Shown here: positions 25,375 to 39,104 of the stretch, one piece after another
Position numbering within the stretch: the stretch's first letter is position 1
How the letters are laid out: every line of letters begins with the position of its first letter
Assembly (NCBI GenBank): GCA_951406725.2
Contig: OX597822.1
Coordinates: forward strand, 92,132,001-92,196,000
DNA length: 64,000 bases
Reading direction: 5' to 3'
Source: Octopus vulgaris
Taxonomy: Eukaryota
Notes under the pieces: generated by a model
The model's database searches: none
What the model was told of the DNA's origin: nothing
Seen by the model: only the letters and a program-made list of their open reading frames with translations
Translations under genes and position numbers: made by a program

Positions 25375-27441
25375 TGTTGGATCAGGTAATGAAGGTTACG
25401 GAGAGGGTCATAGCCCAACTAATTAGAGAGAGAGTTAGTTTAGATGAGATGCAGTTTGGGTTTGTGCCAGGGAAAAGCACCACTGATGCTATATTCCTGG
25501 TAAGGCAGCTGCAGGAGAAATACCTAGCCAAAGATAGGCCCCTGTTCCTGGCTTTCGTTGACATGGAGAAAGCCTTTGATAGGGTCCCCCGATCCCTCAT
25601 CTGGTGGTCAATGAGGAAACTAGGGATAGATGAATGGCTGGTGAGGGCTGTGCAAGCCATGTACAGAGATGCCGTAAGCAAGGTTAGGGTTGGCAACATG
25701 TACACAGAAGAATTCAAAGTAGAGGTTGGGGTCCACCAGGGTTCAGTACTCAGCCCCCTCCTATTTATCATAGTCCTCCAGGCAATAACAGAGGGATTCA
25801 AGACAGGTTGCCCCTGGGAGCTCCTCTATGCTGACGACCTCGCTCTAATTGCTGAGTCACTATCAGAACTGGAGGAGAAGTTCCAGGTGTGGAAGGAGGG
25901 TTTAGAATCGAGGGGCCTTAGAGTCAACCTAGCTAAAACCAAAGTACTAATAAGTAGAAAGGTAGGCAATCCACAAATGTCCTCAGGAAGATGGCCCTGC
26001 TCGATCTGTAGAAAAGGTGTAGGTAGAAACTCTATAAGATGTACCCAGTGTAAGCTATGGACACAGAAGAGGTGCAGCAATGTCAAAGGTAGGCTAACTG
26101 GGAAGACAGTCTTTATATGTGGCAGATGCTCGGGAGCATTGACCTCCGAAAATCTGCAGAAAACAACTTCCGTCACTTTCCAGGGGGAAAAATTAGAAGT
26201 AGTTGATAGCTTCCGTTATCTAAGTGACCAAGTCAGTAGTGGGGGTGGGTGCGCTGAGAGTGTAACTGCTAGAATAAGAATAGCCTGGGCAAAGTTTAGG
26301 GAGCTCTTACCTCTGCTGGTGACTAAAGGCCTCTCGCTCAGAGTAAAGGGCAGACTGTATGATGCATGTGTTCGAACTGCCATGCTACATGGCAGTGAAA
26401 CATGGGCCATGACTGCTGAGGACATGCGTAAGCTCATGAGGAATGAAGCCAGTATGCTCCGATGGATGTGTAATGTCAGTGTACTTACTCGACAGTGTTA
26501 GTTCCCTAAGAGAAATGTTGTACCTAAGAAGCATCAGTTGTTGCGTGCAAGAGAGACGATTGCGATGGTATGGTCATGTGGCGAGAATGGATGAAGATAG
26601 GTGTGTGAGAAAGTGCCAATCCCTAGCAGTTGAGGGAACTCGTGGAAGAGGTAGACCCAGGAAAACCTGGGACGAGGTGGTGAAGCACGACCTTCGAACA
26701 TTAGGTCTCACCATGGAAATGACCAGAGACCGAGACCTATGGAAGTATGCTGTGCGTGAGAAGACCCGGCAAGACTAGTGAAGCCATAACCCGTGGCCCC
26801 TACCTGGGACGTAGTCAGTCCGCCTGTGCATACCTTCCTGCTTGTGACACTTGTGAAGACCTGTTGAGGCAAGTCAAATCGAATCAAGTCAAACCAAATC
26901 AAAATAGATGAACATCAATGGAATTTGTATCCTTGTGGTACCAGTGCCGGTGGCACATAAGAGAACCATCCGAACGGGACTGTAGCCAGTACCGCATCGA
27001 CTGGCCTCCGTGCTGTGGGCACGTAACAAACACCGTCCGAGCGTGGCCGTCTGCCAGCCTCGTCTGGCACCTGTGTCGGTGGCACATAAAAACACCATCT
27101 GAGCGTGGCCGTCTGCCAGCCTCGTCTGGCACCTGTGTCGGTGGCACATAAAAACACCATCCGAGCGTGGCCGTCTGCCAGCCTCGTCTGGCACCTGTGT
27201 CGATGGCACATAAAAACACCATCCGAGCGTGGCCGTTCGCCAGCCTCGTCTGGCACCTGTGTCGGTGGCACATAAAATCACCCACTACACTCTCGGAGTG
27301 GTTGGCGTTAGGAAGGGCATCCAGCTGTAGAAACACTGCCAGATCTGACTGGCCTGGTGCAGCCTTCGGGCTCCCCAGACCCCAGTTGAACCGTCCAACC
27401 CATGCTAGCATGGAAAGCGGACGTTAAACGATGATGATGAT
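25375..27441 (+). mobile_element. RTE-clade LINE, 5'-truncated (RT to 3' tail)
   Basis: [46 protein letters not shown], an internal Cys-rich insert, LRWYGHVARM and RGRGRPRKTW. One frameshift near 26498; (GAT)n tail. Confidence 0.95.
27028..27275 (+). repeat. 62-bp minisatellite x4 in the RTE 3' UTR
   Basis: AAACACCATCCGAGCGTGGCCGTCTGCCAGCCTCGTCTGGCACCTGTGTCGGTGGCACATAA repeated head to tail without spacers. Confidence 0.95.
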
Positions 27442-27639
27442 ATATGTATATATTTGGTTGCTTATCATCTGAAAATTTTAAGTCCGCCTTCTCTTTTTAC
27501 ATGTATATATATTTTGTGCATTTAAACCCAAAGGTCTTCATCTGTCTATTTTGAACTAGTGTCTCCATATCTGCTCACTTGTATTCCCCGCATGTTCTGA
27601 AAATGTAACTTTCCCAAATAAAGAGCACTTCAAATTCAA

Positions 27640-27700
27640 GGCTCTGATGAAGCTATAAGATGTTATCCACCACATTTTATAGCAGAAACAGTTGTAAACT
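27640..27700 (+). ncRNA. Decayed type-I HHR
   Basis: CTGATGA-AGCTATAAGATGT..ACATTTTATAGCA-GAAACAGTTGTA. Stem II is good; stem I is poor. Confidence 0.5.
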
Positions 27701-28849
27701 AATGAAGTTCATTGCATAACATTTGGTTTCTTTCAGTGTCATCTCTGTTATATATATATTTCATATATATCCATCATTACATGCTTTTCGTATGGAAGCC
27801 GGTGGGGCTTGCTCTGAGTACTCTAATTTTTTCGCAGTGAACGTACTGGCCGCCTTGGACACTCGGCGAACAGCAGCCTTAGAGGAACCATTCTATACCC
27901 TGCTTTCTATATCGAAATTCTCTCAATCTCATTGATTCCATGTATATGTTTATATATACATAAATATGTGCATATATGATAATCTCTCCCATTGAAGACA
28001 ACGAATGAACATTTAGCGTATGCTGAATGATCTGCACAAGTAATTCAGTTTGATGAATCCCCTCTGCCAAGCAATAAAAAGTTTGTTTGTTGCTAATGTT
28101 TGCGTCATCAAAGATTAACATTATGGTTCAAGATCCATTGTAAGACAACTAGAAACAGGTACAAAAAGTTGTCAGTATTTCATTTCTGAGTAAAAGAAGG
28201 GACACCATCGATGGTAGGTTGTCATCGCTACTTGATCAGTTTATTGAAAATGTTATACTTAGTGTGTTTGCACACGTTGCAAATAACCCAAGTCGCAAAT
28301 TTAACAAATTACTGGATAGCGCTAATCGTACAGACCCATAGGTTTGAGATTTGGCTGTTATTTCTAGTAAGTCGCTCTGTGAGCAAAATGCTATCCATTA
28401 AATAACTCTGAGAATGAGACAAAGCCGCTATTTGTTTAACTTCGAAAGGTTCTTCTGTAGAACTATCTATTTGAATTATTGTCTCCATATCTGCTCACTT
28501 AGATTCCTCCTTATTATTGTAACCTGTTGATATGGTATTGCGGAGTCACAACTCTGTGATATTTTCACTTTGATCTCGCTCTGAACATAAAAAATGTGAC
28601 AGTCACAAAGTTGCTTAAGAGGGGAAGTTAGAGAGATATGGAGATAAACTGAATAGCAGAGAGAGAGAGAGAGAGAAGGGCAGGAAGGTAAAAAGAAATG
28701 TGATAAGTTACATATGGACGGTATGACGAAAACTTGTCTATTCCTAATGAACTCTTATAACAGAAGTGCTCGCTACACCTGCTGTTAAAGATGACAAAAC
28801 AACAAACATTGAAAATATCTGACAAGGCTGGTTGTTTATTTTGTGTGTG

Positions 28850-29081
28850 TGTGAACGAGTGACAGCAATCGTGTTTATAGGGTTCCACCACATCACATGA
28901 CAGCATCTGACCAATCAGTATAAGTGGGTGTGGTTTTCAACTGGAGATTGACAGGCATCCGTCGTACAGCGATTTCAGAAAGCGAATAGCTTTCAATGAA
29001 AGTTTACTCCTAAATGTGTGTCGCGTTGTGAGTGTTTGTATGTCTCTGTCTGCGCCTACGTCGGGTACGCGTGCAGTAAGT
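28850..29081 (+). promoter_or_regulatory. Candidate Pol II promoter and non-coding first exon
   Basis: Locally CpG-rich and not recognisably repetitive. TCACATGA E-box 28893-28900, CCAAT 28911-28915, GGGTGTGG 28926-28933, donor GCA|GTAAGT at 29076. Confidence 0.5.
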
Positions 29082-31216
29082 AGGCTTTCTGGATATATTT
29101 TCTTATTGTAGCTGCTTAAAATTTCTCGCAACTATGGGGATCCCTCCTCGTTGACACAGTTACACTGGATATTGTGTAACCGATTCCGTAATTTTTAATA
29201 CGCGGGCACTGTCGGCTCTAGAATGATGAGATTTAAAAGAAAAAAAGGTAAGATTCCGTCCCTGTATAAAATAACTGATGATGAATTAAATGAAAAGAGA
29301 GGAAAAGGGAACGAGAAAGCTAGAAAAAAGAATGCCGTGTGTATGCGCGCGCGCGCGTGTTTACACACTGCGATTTGTCTTGATCTATTTTCCAGATAAG
29401 ACTCATCGCTTACAGTTTTTTTTTTTTTTATAAATTGCAAGTTCGTTTTCTCTTTAGGTTAAATGTCTGTCTGTTGACTTTTTAAGATTTCCTATTTAAT
29501 TTCACGTGACTAACCTGCTGAACATTGTCCCAAACAATTTTTGATTCCAAAAAGCAGGGGGGAAAAAAAAAAGGTGTCACTATATATACTCTAACTATTC
29601 CCTTCTCTCATCACGTTTACATGTGCTCACTTTTTAATATTTTTTTTCTTTATATATTATGTGTATGCATATGTATATATATATATATATATATATACAT
29701 ACAGTAACCTATCAAGAATATAGTTTAGTGGAAGATTCAAATTCTATTCAAGAATAATATTTAAAAAATGAAAGAAAACTTCAGTTTTCTGTTAGTCCGT
29801 GGTGAAGTTCATTCCTGCTGTGAAAAGAAAAAGGAGGGGCTGCTTTTATAAATATATACTTATATAATTAATACTGGGTTGCTAATTATTTTATAGTCAT
29901 GTATAATATATTTATACTTCCTCCTGTGGTGTAATAAATTCATCATTATCTGTGTCCCACCATCACCAAAGCGTCTTTTATTCGACGTAAGTATTAGTTT
30001 CCTATAAAGGCACAAGCGCTCGTATGGGGCTCTTCTTTAGAAGGGGTGGTAATGAAGCTACTTAGCTTCAACCGGAATCAAATCTGAACTATAAAATTCC
30101 ACTAGCAGGGATCCTACCTCATCGTTTCTCTATTTCTATAGTGCCATAGATATAACGTTGGTGAGAGATATAGCTGAATCAATGATTCATATACGTTATT
30201 AGTACTTATCGACATTTTGAAGGATGAAAGGCCAAGTGAATGAACTCTTGTCGGATTTGCACATATAATGGCGATAGAGAGGTGGGATCAAAAATAAGTT
30301 TGGCTCTCTACCATTTTTACCGATTTAATAACGATTTCATGATAACAAACAAAATTAACAGCTTAAAAAGAACTGACTAAAGAAGCGCGTGTATTAAGTA
30401 AAACTTTTATAATAAATAAAATACTGGGGAGAAACCGTGTATTGATTAATCTTTTACACGCATACATACAAATTCTGTAGTTATGCTTATTTGTGTATGG
30501 CGCATCATGTGCAGGGTGAGGAGCTATGCTAAGTTTACATAAGCTTCATAATTCTCATGAGCAGGTGGTTTTTTTTTTTACTGTTGCTTATTCTTCCTTG
30601 TAAGTGGAAAGAAACAGTGCCCACTTAAATGGAAAATGGACCACTGGCCTTGCACTGTCGGGTGCCTCTTAGGGTCGAATTGTGATAACGTCCATTATTT
30701 GTGGAAATTATTATTTTTTTATAATTTAGATACATATTATTGAGGTTTTTGTATGTTAAAATATTTACCGTGAGTTTGCTAAAATTCAGGGCTTAGCTGA
30801 ATGCTGATATCAATTAAAAATGACAAATATTTGGAATATGCATATTTATCATAACAAAAGACAAGTTGAATTTTGTTATTTATCCATATGTTCAGTATTG
30901 AATGAGTAATATTTGTCTTGTAGTTATGTAATTTAAAACCACTACTTTTACAATTTAATTTGAAATACACAAGAAACAGTGAACCATTGAGAAATGACTT
31001 TTCAATTACGTGTTTAAAGACTTGACAAGTTTGGGGATGTCGAAAAAAGCCAAACCCTCATTAAAGTTTACTTTCTAGTTTCATGTTTATGAATTTGTGA
31101 AAGGATTCCTAAAAATAATGTAATTGCTGATCACTGACATCAGTAAGTGGAAAAAGTTTGTGGAAGGTACTTTACAACTAACTCAAATAGTATACACACT
31201 ATTGTGTATTTTTTTT

Positions 31217-31500
31217 CAATTCAATTCAATTCAATTTTTATTGGCTCAAAAAGCAAAAGCAAGGCCATGTAGGGGGACAAGGAGTTATGTACAGGGAGGG
31301 TGGTCATATAAAGAGTTCAGGCTATTTTTGGTCAAGAGAGACTTTGAACCGAGCGGTCGTCGGCATCTTCACTATCTTGTTCGGCAGCTTATTCCACGGA
31401 TCCACAACCCGGACGGAGAAAGCCTCTCTCCTTCGATTGAGATGAAATCGTCGTAGATAGAGCTTTTCGGAGTGACCCCGCAGCCCACGCTCTGGAGCAG
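31217..31500 (-). mobile_element. CR1-type LINE 3' end
   Basis: Minus-strand translation RRFHLNRRREAFSVRVVDPWNKLPNKIVKMPTTARFKVSLD, then a (TGAAT)n tail. Confidence 0.8.
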
Positions 31501-32984
31501 GTTATACTTTCTGCTTATGATGTTGTGAGTGAGAATGAGATCACCATGGCAGTGAAGTGAAACCCACTATGAGGGTTTCACTTCACCTCCATAACATGAT
31601 TCAATCTTAAAATTAAATTTAATTTCTTTCATATTAAATTAATGTTTAGTTTTCTAAATTGTTCTGATCTCCATCTATCTCCCCCCTTAACCTCATGCTT
31701 CTAAGTTCATTTTTATTGATTTTCATTAGATATTTGATTCTTGAAGTGTTGCAATAAATGTTTCACAGGAAGGACCCTTCCCTCATTGTAATCATTCAAA
31801 ACAGTGGAGTAGAAGGCTGTTTTTGGCCCAGTGGTAAAGAGGCCAGCAGTATCATAAGTTTAGTGGGTTTCTTGAGCATTCTGCTATTAAATATAACAAT
31901 AGAAGTTTGAATAATCTTCTCTCATCACTAATCTAATTGATGCTGATACTGACTGTGACTACTATACCAATCTTAGTGACAATTATCAATTCTTCTGTTT
32001 GACAAAACAGTACCATAATGAAATTCTGGATTTGCTCAAAATTTAGAAAAACTGCCTTCACTCACATACAAAATAAGTTGTTTCCCACCATGACTATGAA
32101 TAGAGCCAATCAAATGATATTACTGAAACAAACTCCCAACTCTAGTTTGCCAGATATGTCATATCTGCAAATGGTTTGACATAATACTTCACATTCTGTG
32201 TCAATTAGAGTGTGACCTCTTCACTTTCTTTCTAGCATGATAGGCACTACTCTTCAGGACCTATTAAGAAAACATTGCAGTTAAGGTTTGTGTCATTGAA
32301 TATTGAGAACATATTTCAACTAATGGCATTGTAATGCACTTAAGAGATAATGCTCTATATATCTATCAACTAGTACTTTGATATTATTGTTAGAAGCTAT
32401 AGTTATCATTTACACTGTGCATGCACACACACACACATCTATCCTTTAAGTTTAAAAGTCACCTACCTAGTGTCCACGTAGGGACTGAATAGGAGATAAA
32501 AGTTACCTACCTAGTCACCGAATAGGAGATAACTACTCCGAAATGCTAGCATCTCACAGTCTAGGTAGGTGGTGCTCCAACCTGATCTAGGTGTATACGC
32601 ACCATTCGTCAACAAGCGAGATATATTCTCCATGACAAAATGCAGTGAGTAGCATGCACCCCAGTTTGAACGTGTATCAAGCATATTTGGACTGATAATA
32701 GCAATACAATTTTACTTATCACTGCTTAGCACTCTCCCTCCATAATAGATATATTAGTATGATATTATGAAATCATTTATATTTATATTGATATATTTAT
32801 ATTCATGAAATGTCTTTCCCATGTTGTGTTGAAGTGAACTACATGACAATCTATTTTATCTGGAATTTCAGTTTAGATGGACAGGCTTTTTTTCTTTAAG
32901 AGAAACCATCAACAGATATACACTTTGCTTACAGAATCCAGTTGGGATTTTTAATCCCATTTATCTCTCTATCTGTCTGCTGGC

Positions 32985-33020
<36 letters not shown>

Positions 33021-33259
33021 TTGTTTTATGTATATGTATCATTTTTAATGCCCACTTATCCATACTTACACAGGTCAAGCAGAATTCATTGAGTCAGAGT
33101 TTTATAGCTTTATGTCTTCCTGTCACCAACCCGTACCTGTTTCTAAGCAAGGTAATTCTTCATCATCGCTGGACAAGATTGGAAATGAAAGACACCACTT
33201 AAATGAGTCACTCACAACTGTTATATAACAGTTGTGTCAACTGCCAAAGCAAGGCGGTA

Positions 33260-33650
33260 CTAAGACACACACACACAAATGGATTTCTTTCTGTTTCTGT
33301 TTACCAAATCCACTCTCAAAACTTTGGTTATCCTAGGGCTATAGTAAAAGTCACTTTCCCAAGGTGTCACACAGCTATGCACATACACACACACAATTTT
33401 ACTTGTTGAAGTCATTAAACTGTGGCCATGTTGGGATGCCACCTTGAAGAATTTTAGTTGAACAAATCAATCCTGGTACTTATTGCTCTTTAACCTGGAA
33501 CTTATTCTATTGGTCTCTTTTGCCAAACCAAGAAGTTGTGGGGATACGTACAGACGTCAACACTGGTTGTCAAGCAGTGTTGCTGGACAAATACAAGATA
33601 AAGACATGCGGTTGGGAAACCAACTGCTTACCACACAGCTACACCTGTAC
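33260..33650 (-). mobile_element. SINE fragments
   Basis: Similarity to the 6910 family. Confidence 0.6.
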
Positions 33651-34656
33651 ACACACACACACACACACACACACTGACTGACTTAAGGAAACTGGGCAGC
33701 GCATACTTTACCTTTTCAGAATGTTAGCAAGTAGTACGAAATGTAATCTAAGAAGTTATCATTGATGTCATCTGTGCTTTGGATAATATCTGGCACCAGG
33801 ATTTCTATTGTTCTTAAACACTTTTAATAGTTATTGTCTTGCCATCAGGTGAGTCCTAGTCAAGCAGACTCAGGATCAGAATTCTCCCAGCTGTGATCAT
33901 GCTTGCTTTTAATTTTTCAGGCATAGTCATTTATTATACCCTTTTTAATATAGCAGGATGCTATTTATTATTTCCTTTTTAATATGGCCGGATGCTATTT
34001 AAAGGTGCTTTGGTTGCTAGCAGGTTGAGTGACTATGTTGTCAGGTAATAATAGTTATTGGTAAAGATAGTGTTTAGAGAAGGTGATACTCATAAAGGTA
34101 TGTGGAAGGATAGATAGCAAAATAACAGGATGTATGGAGACCTCATGTCCTAAAAAACATTCAGAAGGCGAATGCATTTCTGTTGTTTCTTTTGTTACTT
34201 TTTGAAATAGTGTTTGTGTGTAAACTGTATGTATGGTGGTGGTGGTGGTAATAGTACAGGCAGTCTTAATTATGAAGGTAACATATCTGCAAATCAGGAA
34301 GACTACACATATTTGGAAACAGTTATTTTTTATTTCCAACTTAACAGCTTGTATGATGTTTTATCTCGAAAACAGCTAAGCTGTCTGTCTATAACATTTA
34401 TAAAACACAGAAAATGTTAAACCCACTTTTTGTTTATTTCTTGTAGTGTCAAAATACTCACCACACAACTGTCCCGAAGCACTGACACAATTCCTCTTAT
34501 GCAACTCAGTTGGAATGGAACTGTGTCCAGCTAGAGTTGTGCAATAAAACTTTTGACTCCTCCCCCAGAAAATGAATAGCAATTGAATTTAATAGCTTTT
34601 ATATGCTTTTGTAAGACTAAAATAGCTGCTCCGTGATGAAATTGCTCTTGTTTTAA

Positions 34657-36386
34657 CCCATTAGTGTTCAGAATGGCCAAAACCAGCTGAAAATTCACCT
34701 TTATTTGTTTGAACTGGCCAAATCTGGGCGTATCTGATTCTGCTACGAAATTGCTAAAAAAATAAACAAATCACATTATTGAATTCTTGTAACTTTGAGA
34801 TAATGTGAGATAAAGCCTTTCTTGTCTTTATTCAAGTAAAAATACTGTGAAATTTTTGAGACTTTTTTTTCCTTAACATTTGAAGAGAAGTGTACATCTT
34901 AGTTTTTAACGATATGGTGTTAGCAAGTAGCAAAATCCAACTTTGAAGGTTTTACTCTTGATGATGTACAAAATATAAACAAAAGCAACAATGATTTGTC
35001 TTCGGAATATTTATGAATCTTTGTCGGATGAGGAAGATTTTGATAATGAAAGTGATGAAAATGATATTGAAAACATTACAACTACATGGTTGAAGATTAC
35101 TACATCAACCACAATTACTGATTTCACAGAAAAGATCAGTCCACTATAATAGCCTACCTCCTGATGCTCAACCATTGGACTATTTATTTTTACTGAAAAC
35201 TTTTTTTGAAACTGTCAGTGTGTAATTTCTATTTGTGGAAGACCCAATCCACTATGGTAGCTAACTGATACTGTGGAAATGTGATTTTTGTTTTTACTAT
35301 AAACATTATGTTTGGTATCAAACAGTTTCCTTGACTGTCAAACTGTTGGTGTCCTGATATAAGTTATGGTGATCCATATATCTCCAGCATTATGTCAAAC
35401 AATATATGAATTAACTATAGTTAATGTAAAAGCCACAAGGTACCTCCGCCCACCAAAAGTATATGACCATTTGAAATTTCAGGTTGACATCATATCTCAG
35501 TTACGTGAGGGCTTTTGTTCCAGAAAGCACGGAACTGTGAGAAAAGCAAAATTAACTGAGGTGGGTGTCAACAGAGAAAATATTGACTTCCATAAAGTGG
35601 AAAAAATAAATGGAAGGTAAAAGTTTGCAGACTGTGTTTGCTGCAAAAAGAAAAACTGCGAAAGGATATCAGGTTGAGACCTCATATATGTGTTCATTTT
35701 GCAGAGTGCCCTTGTGTAAAGGGTTCACAATAGAAATGTGGCATAACTATATTTTGTTATTTGATAGTAATACTATCATATATTCCTTTCATTTTATTAC
35801 AAATAATATGTGAAAGTGAGAAATACATATTAATTTTCAGTATGATACACACCTGTATTCATCTTTGTCTCACCTGTTAATTAGCTTTTTTATTAGATGC
35901 ATTCTGTTATGTAAATGTATTCATTAAATTGTATAAGAGTACATAGCCAATGGTATATTGACTAGTAAAAGAGTTTTGAACTTAATTTTCAATGAAAATT
36001 TTTTAATGAAATATAGAGAAAATAAAATCTTATACCAATTGTACCTGTATTTTAATTAATTCAAATTAATGTACCTTATCTTGAAAAGTTGCAAACTTGT
36101 TCATAGTTGACATCTGGGTTAATTTTAGTGTTTATCCACAATGTTATTGCTTTTACACCTGTTAATAAAATTTACCTGTCCATAAAAGTCAAATTCAACC
36201 AGCTAAAATTACATAACTATAAACCACTGGTATATAAGTACTCACTGACAAAATTTCAAATCTGGATGTAAAAAATTAACAAAGTTATAAGCAAATATTG
36301 TGGACACTCCTCTTGAATCTGAATAATTCAAAATAATGTGAACAAATAAGCATTACATTTAACAGATTAATCTGAACACTAATGGG
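34657..36386 (+). mobile_element. Internally deleted piggyBac (family 2) with both ends intact
   Basis: TTAA|CCCATTAGTGTTCAGA ... TCTGAACACTAATGGG|TTAA, a perfect 16-bp TIR. The N-terminal part aligns to the 10175 copy, then jumps near 35400 to the Cys-rich tail (ETSYMCSFCRVPLCK). Confidence 0.92.
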
Positions 36387-37900
36387 TTAATACATGGTCT
36401 CAAATCAAGTCACTTGCTAAAGAGTCTGAAACCATTAGAAAAAAAAATACTGTACTAAACTCACTTCATGAGTTTAATCTCATTCTGAGCCCTTGCAATG
36501 TGACATCTTGTGACCGATAACTGGACATTGAATTGTCCTAAATGAAAGAAACAAAAAACAAGGTTAAATATTGATAATGATGCCTTTAAAAAGTTTGGGT
36601 AAGTTAGTAAACAATTCTGATTAATTAGATGTATAGGGCCATCAGGAATGACAGAGACAGGATGTAATCATCATCATCATCGTTTAACATCCGTTTTCCA
36701 TTTGCCAATGCTATTTAAAAATCTCTTTTTAAGACAAAATCAAGTTAAATACCTTTCAGTATCTTAAGAGAATAACAAGCTCTACTTACATCTCTTTAAA
36801 GTTCTACTGCTAAAGGCTTAAAAACAGTAATTTAGCTATTTTAAATTTGTCTTAGGTTTTCTTATGCACCCTGTATTTTGCATAAATATTAATAATTATA
36901 TTTATTCCACCTCCTTTTCTTTCACAGCACTACCCTCCATCACAATTTCATTGCTGCTTCAACTCCTCATCACCACTTCTGAGTTACCTGCATGATCCTC
37001 TCCTGACTTCAATGAGTCATTTAGGATCCCTCTTCAGCTAGTTTATTGTTCCCTTCTTTGTCTCCCTTTCCTTCACACTTGTCTATACTTGATCCATACA
37101 ATGTTGGATAGCTTTAGACCCTCCTTCTTACATGACTCTCCTTGCCACCTTTTCAACTTGATTTCTTTTTCTCAGCTCTTTCACTAATCCCTTCCTTCTC
37201 TCTTGTTCCCTTCCATACTGTCCCATCCTCTCCTCTTATAATCTTTCATCTCGCTACAACGAATGATCACCCACTCTCTCCTTTATTCTCTCTGTTTAGG
37301 CTCTGTCTTAGAATTTATAAGGCAATCAACACTAATGTTTGTGCCATGAAAAAATACCCAATAAATTCAGTGAAGTGGTTAACATTAGGAAGGGCATCCA
37401 GCTGTAGAAACCATGCCAATGTTGACATTGATGCATGACATAGCCATTTGTCTCATCAGACACTGTCAAATTATCCAATCCATATCAGCGTAGAAGTTGG
37501 ATCTTAAAGGATGATGATACACATGCACATTTTTGAAACTCTACTCTTGTATGATTTATTTAGTATTGAATTTGGAAGACGTCCATTGTGATTGGATAGA
37601 ACTTAACAAAGATAATATAGTATGTGTGCATGATGTGTGTGTGTGTGTGTGTATGTGTGTATGTGTTCATCCAAAGATTTTACACTATGGTTACTTGGTT
37701 AAAAATTAAAACATTGCTACAAAATGTCAGTTAATTCAATTGATGGGAGCTCCTTTGAATTTAGTGAATACCCTAATTTATTTTAGAATGATTAAAAATT
37801 ATTTGATAAAACAATGATTTATCTGCATATAATGTATGTGTATCATCATCATTATTATTACTATTTTATATATATATGTGTATATATATATATATATATA

Positions 37901-38220
37901 GGTGCAGGAGTGGCTGTGTGGTAAGTAGCTTGCTTACAAACCACATGCTTCCGGTTTCAGTCCCACTGTGTGGCACCTTGGGCAAGTGTCTCCTACTATA
38001 GCCTCAGGCCGACCAAAGCCTTGTGAGTGGATTTGGTAGACGGAAACTGAAAGAAGCCCATCATATATATGTATATGTGTGCGTTTGTGTCTGTGTTTGT
38101 CCCCCTCAACATCGCTTGACAACCGATGCTGGCGTGTTTATGTCCCCATAACTTAGCGGTTCGGCAAATGAGACCGATAGAATAAGTACTAGGCTTACAA
38201 AGAATAAGTCCTGGGGTCGA
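37901..38220 (+). mobile_element. SINE (6910 family)
   Basis: Near-identical head and body. Confidence 0.9.
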
Positions 38221-39104
38221 TTTTCTGAAAATTCCAAAAAATAAAAAGAGTTATGTGGGGTTCCTTGGCATGCTTAAAGCAGAAGTCTGTCCATTTTTTT
38301 TCCCCTACTTGTAACAACAATTCATTCACATTCTATCATCAAATCAATAAGCAATGACATTCAACAGGCCTAGACAAATATCCCTGTCAATCATATATTT
38401 TGTTCAGTATTAGTGAGATGGTTAAGGACATTATTATAAACACTAATTTTCTGTTTTTTTCTTCATTGACAGCAGTATTGTCATCTGTCATCGTCATTGT
38501 TTTAGCATCCACTTTTCCATACCTGCATAGAAATTTTTTAAGGCAGATTTTCTATGGTTGGACACTCTTCCTGTTGTCAACCCTGACCTATTTCCAGAGT
38601 ATTATTGTCTGGATATGTTTCATTGAAAATTAAAATGCATAACACCACTTGTATTATAGTAATGTTTGTTTACATTTAATACTAAATTTCAAGACCACAC
38701 TCATGTACACATTTATGGCATGCTTCTTTTTTGGTTCCCATCTACACCCAAGGTTTTCATTGGTCTGGAGCTATAGCAGGTGACATTTGTCCAAAGTACC
38801 ACACAGTTGGATTGAACTAAAGACCATGTAGTTGCAAAGCAAACTTTCTAACCATATAGCAAACTTTTTAACCATATATTGTAATAAAGATTTCTGTCTC
38901 ACATTGGCTAAGAGGCTACACCTTTTGGAGGAGAGGACTGAAGAAAAACTATGTTGGATGCAAGCAAGATTTGATTTGATCGAAGTTATTCTCCTTCCAA
39001 GACATTTTCCTCCACTCCTGCTTACCAATTTTGACATTTATAAACAAATTGAAATAAAACTTATTATACATGTCCACACATTATTGACATACTTTACCAT
39101 AGCA

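Noticed and set aside
24444-26501. 685-aa ORF with an MYVC-repeat N-terminus fused to RT
   Set aside because: The N-terminus is stop-free microsatellite that happens to be in frame with a truncated RTE.
27028-27275. CRISPR-like regular repeats
   Set aside because: The units are contiguous with no unique spacers, lie in a LINE 3' UTR, and no cas genes are present.
29270-29310. CTGATGA..GAAA near the promoter
   Set aside because: There is no pairing for stems I-III; a chance match.
31768-31833. Possible small exon (TTTCACAG|...|GTAAAG)
   Set aside because: Splice-like dinucleotides alone are too common in this sequence.
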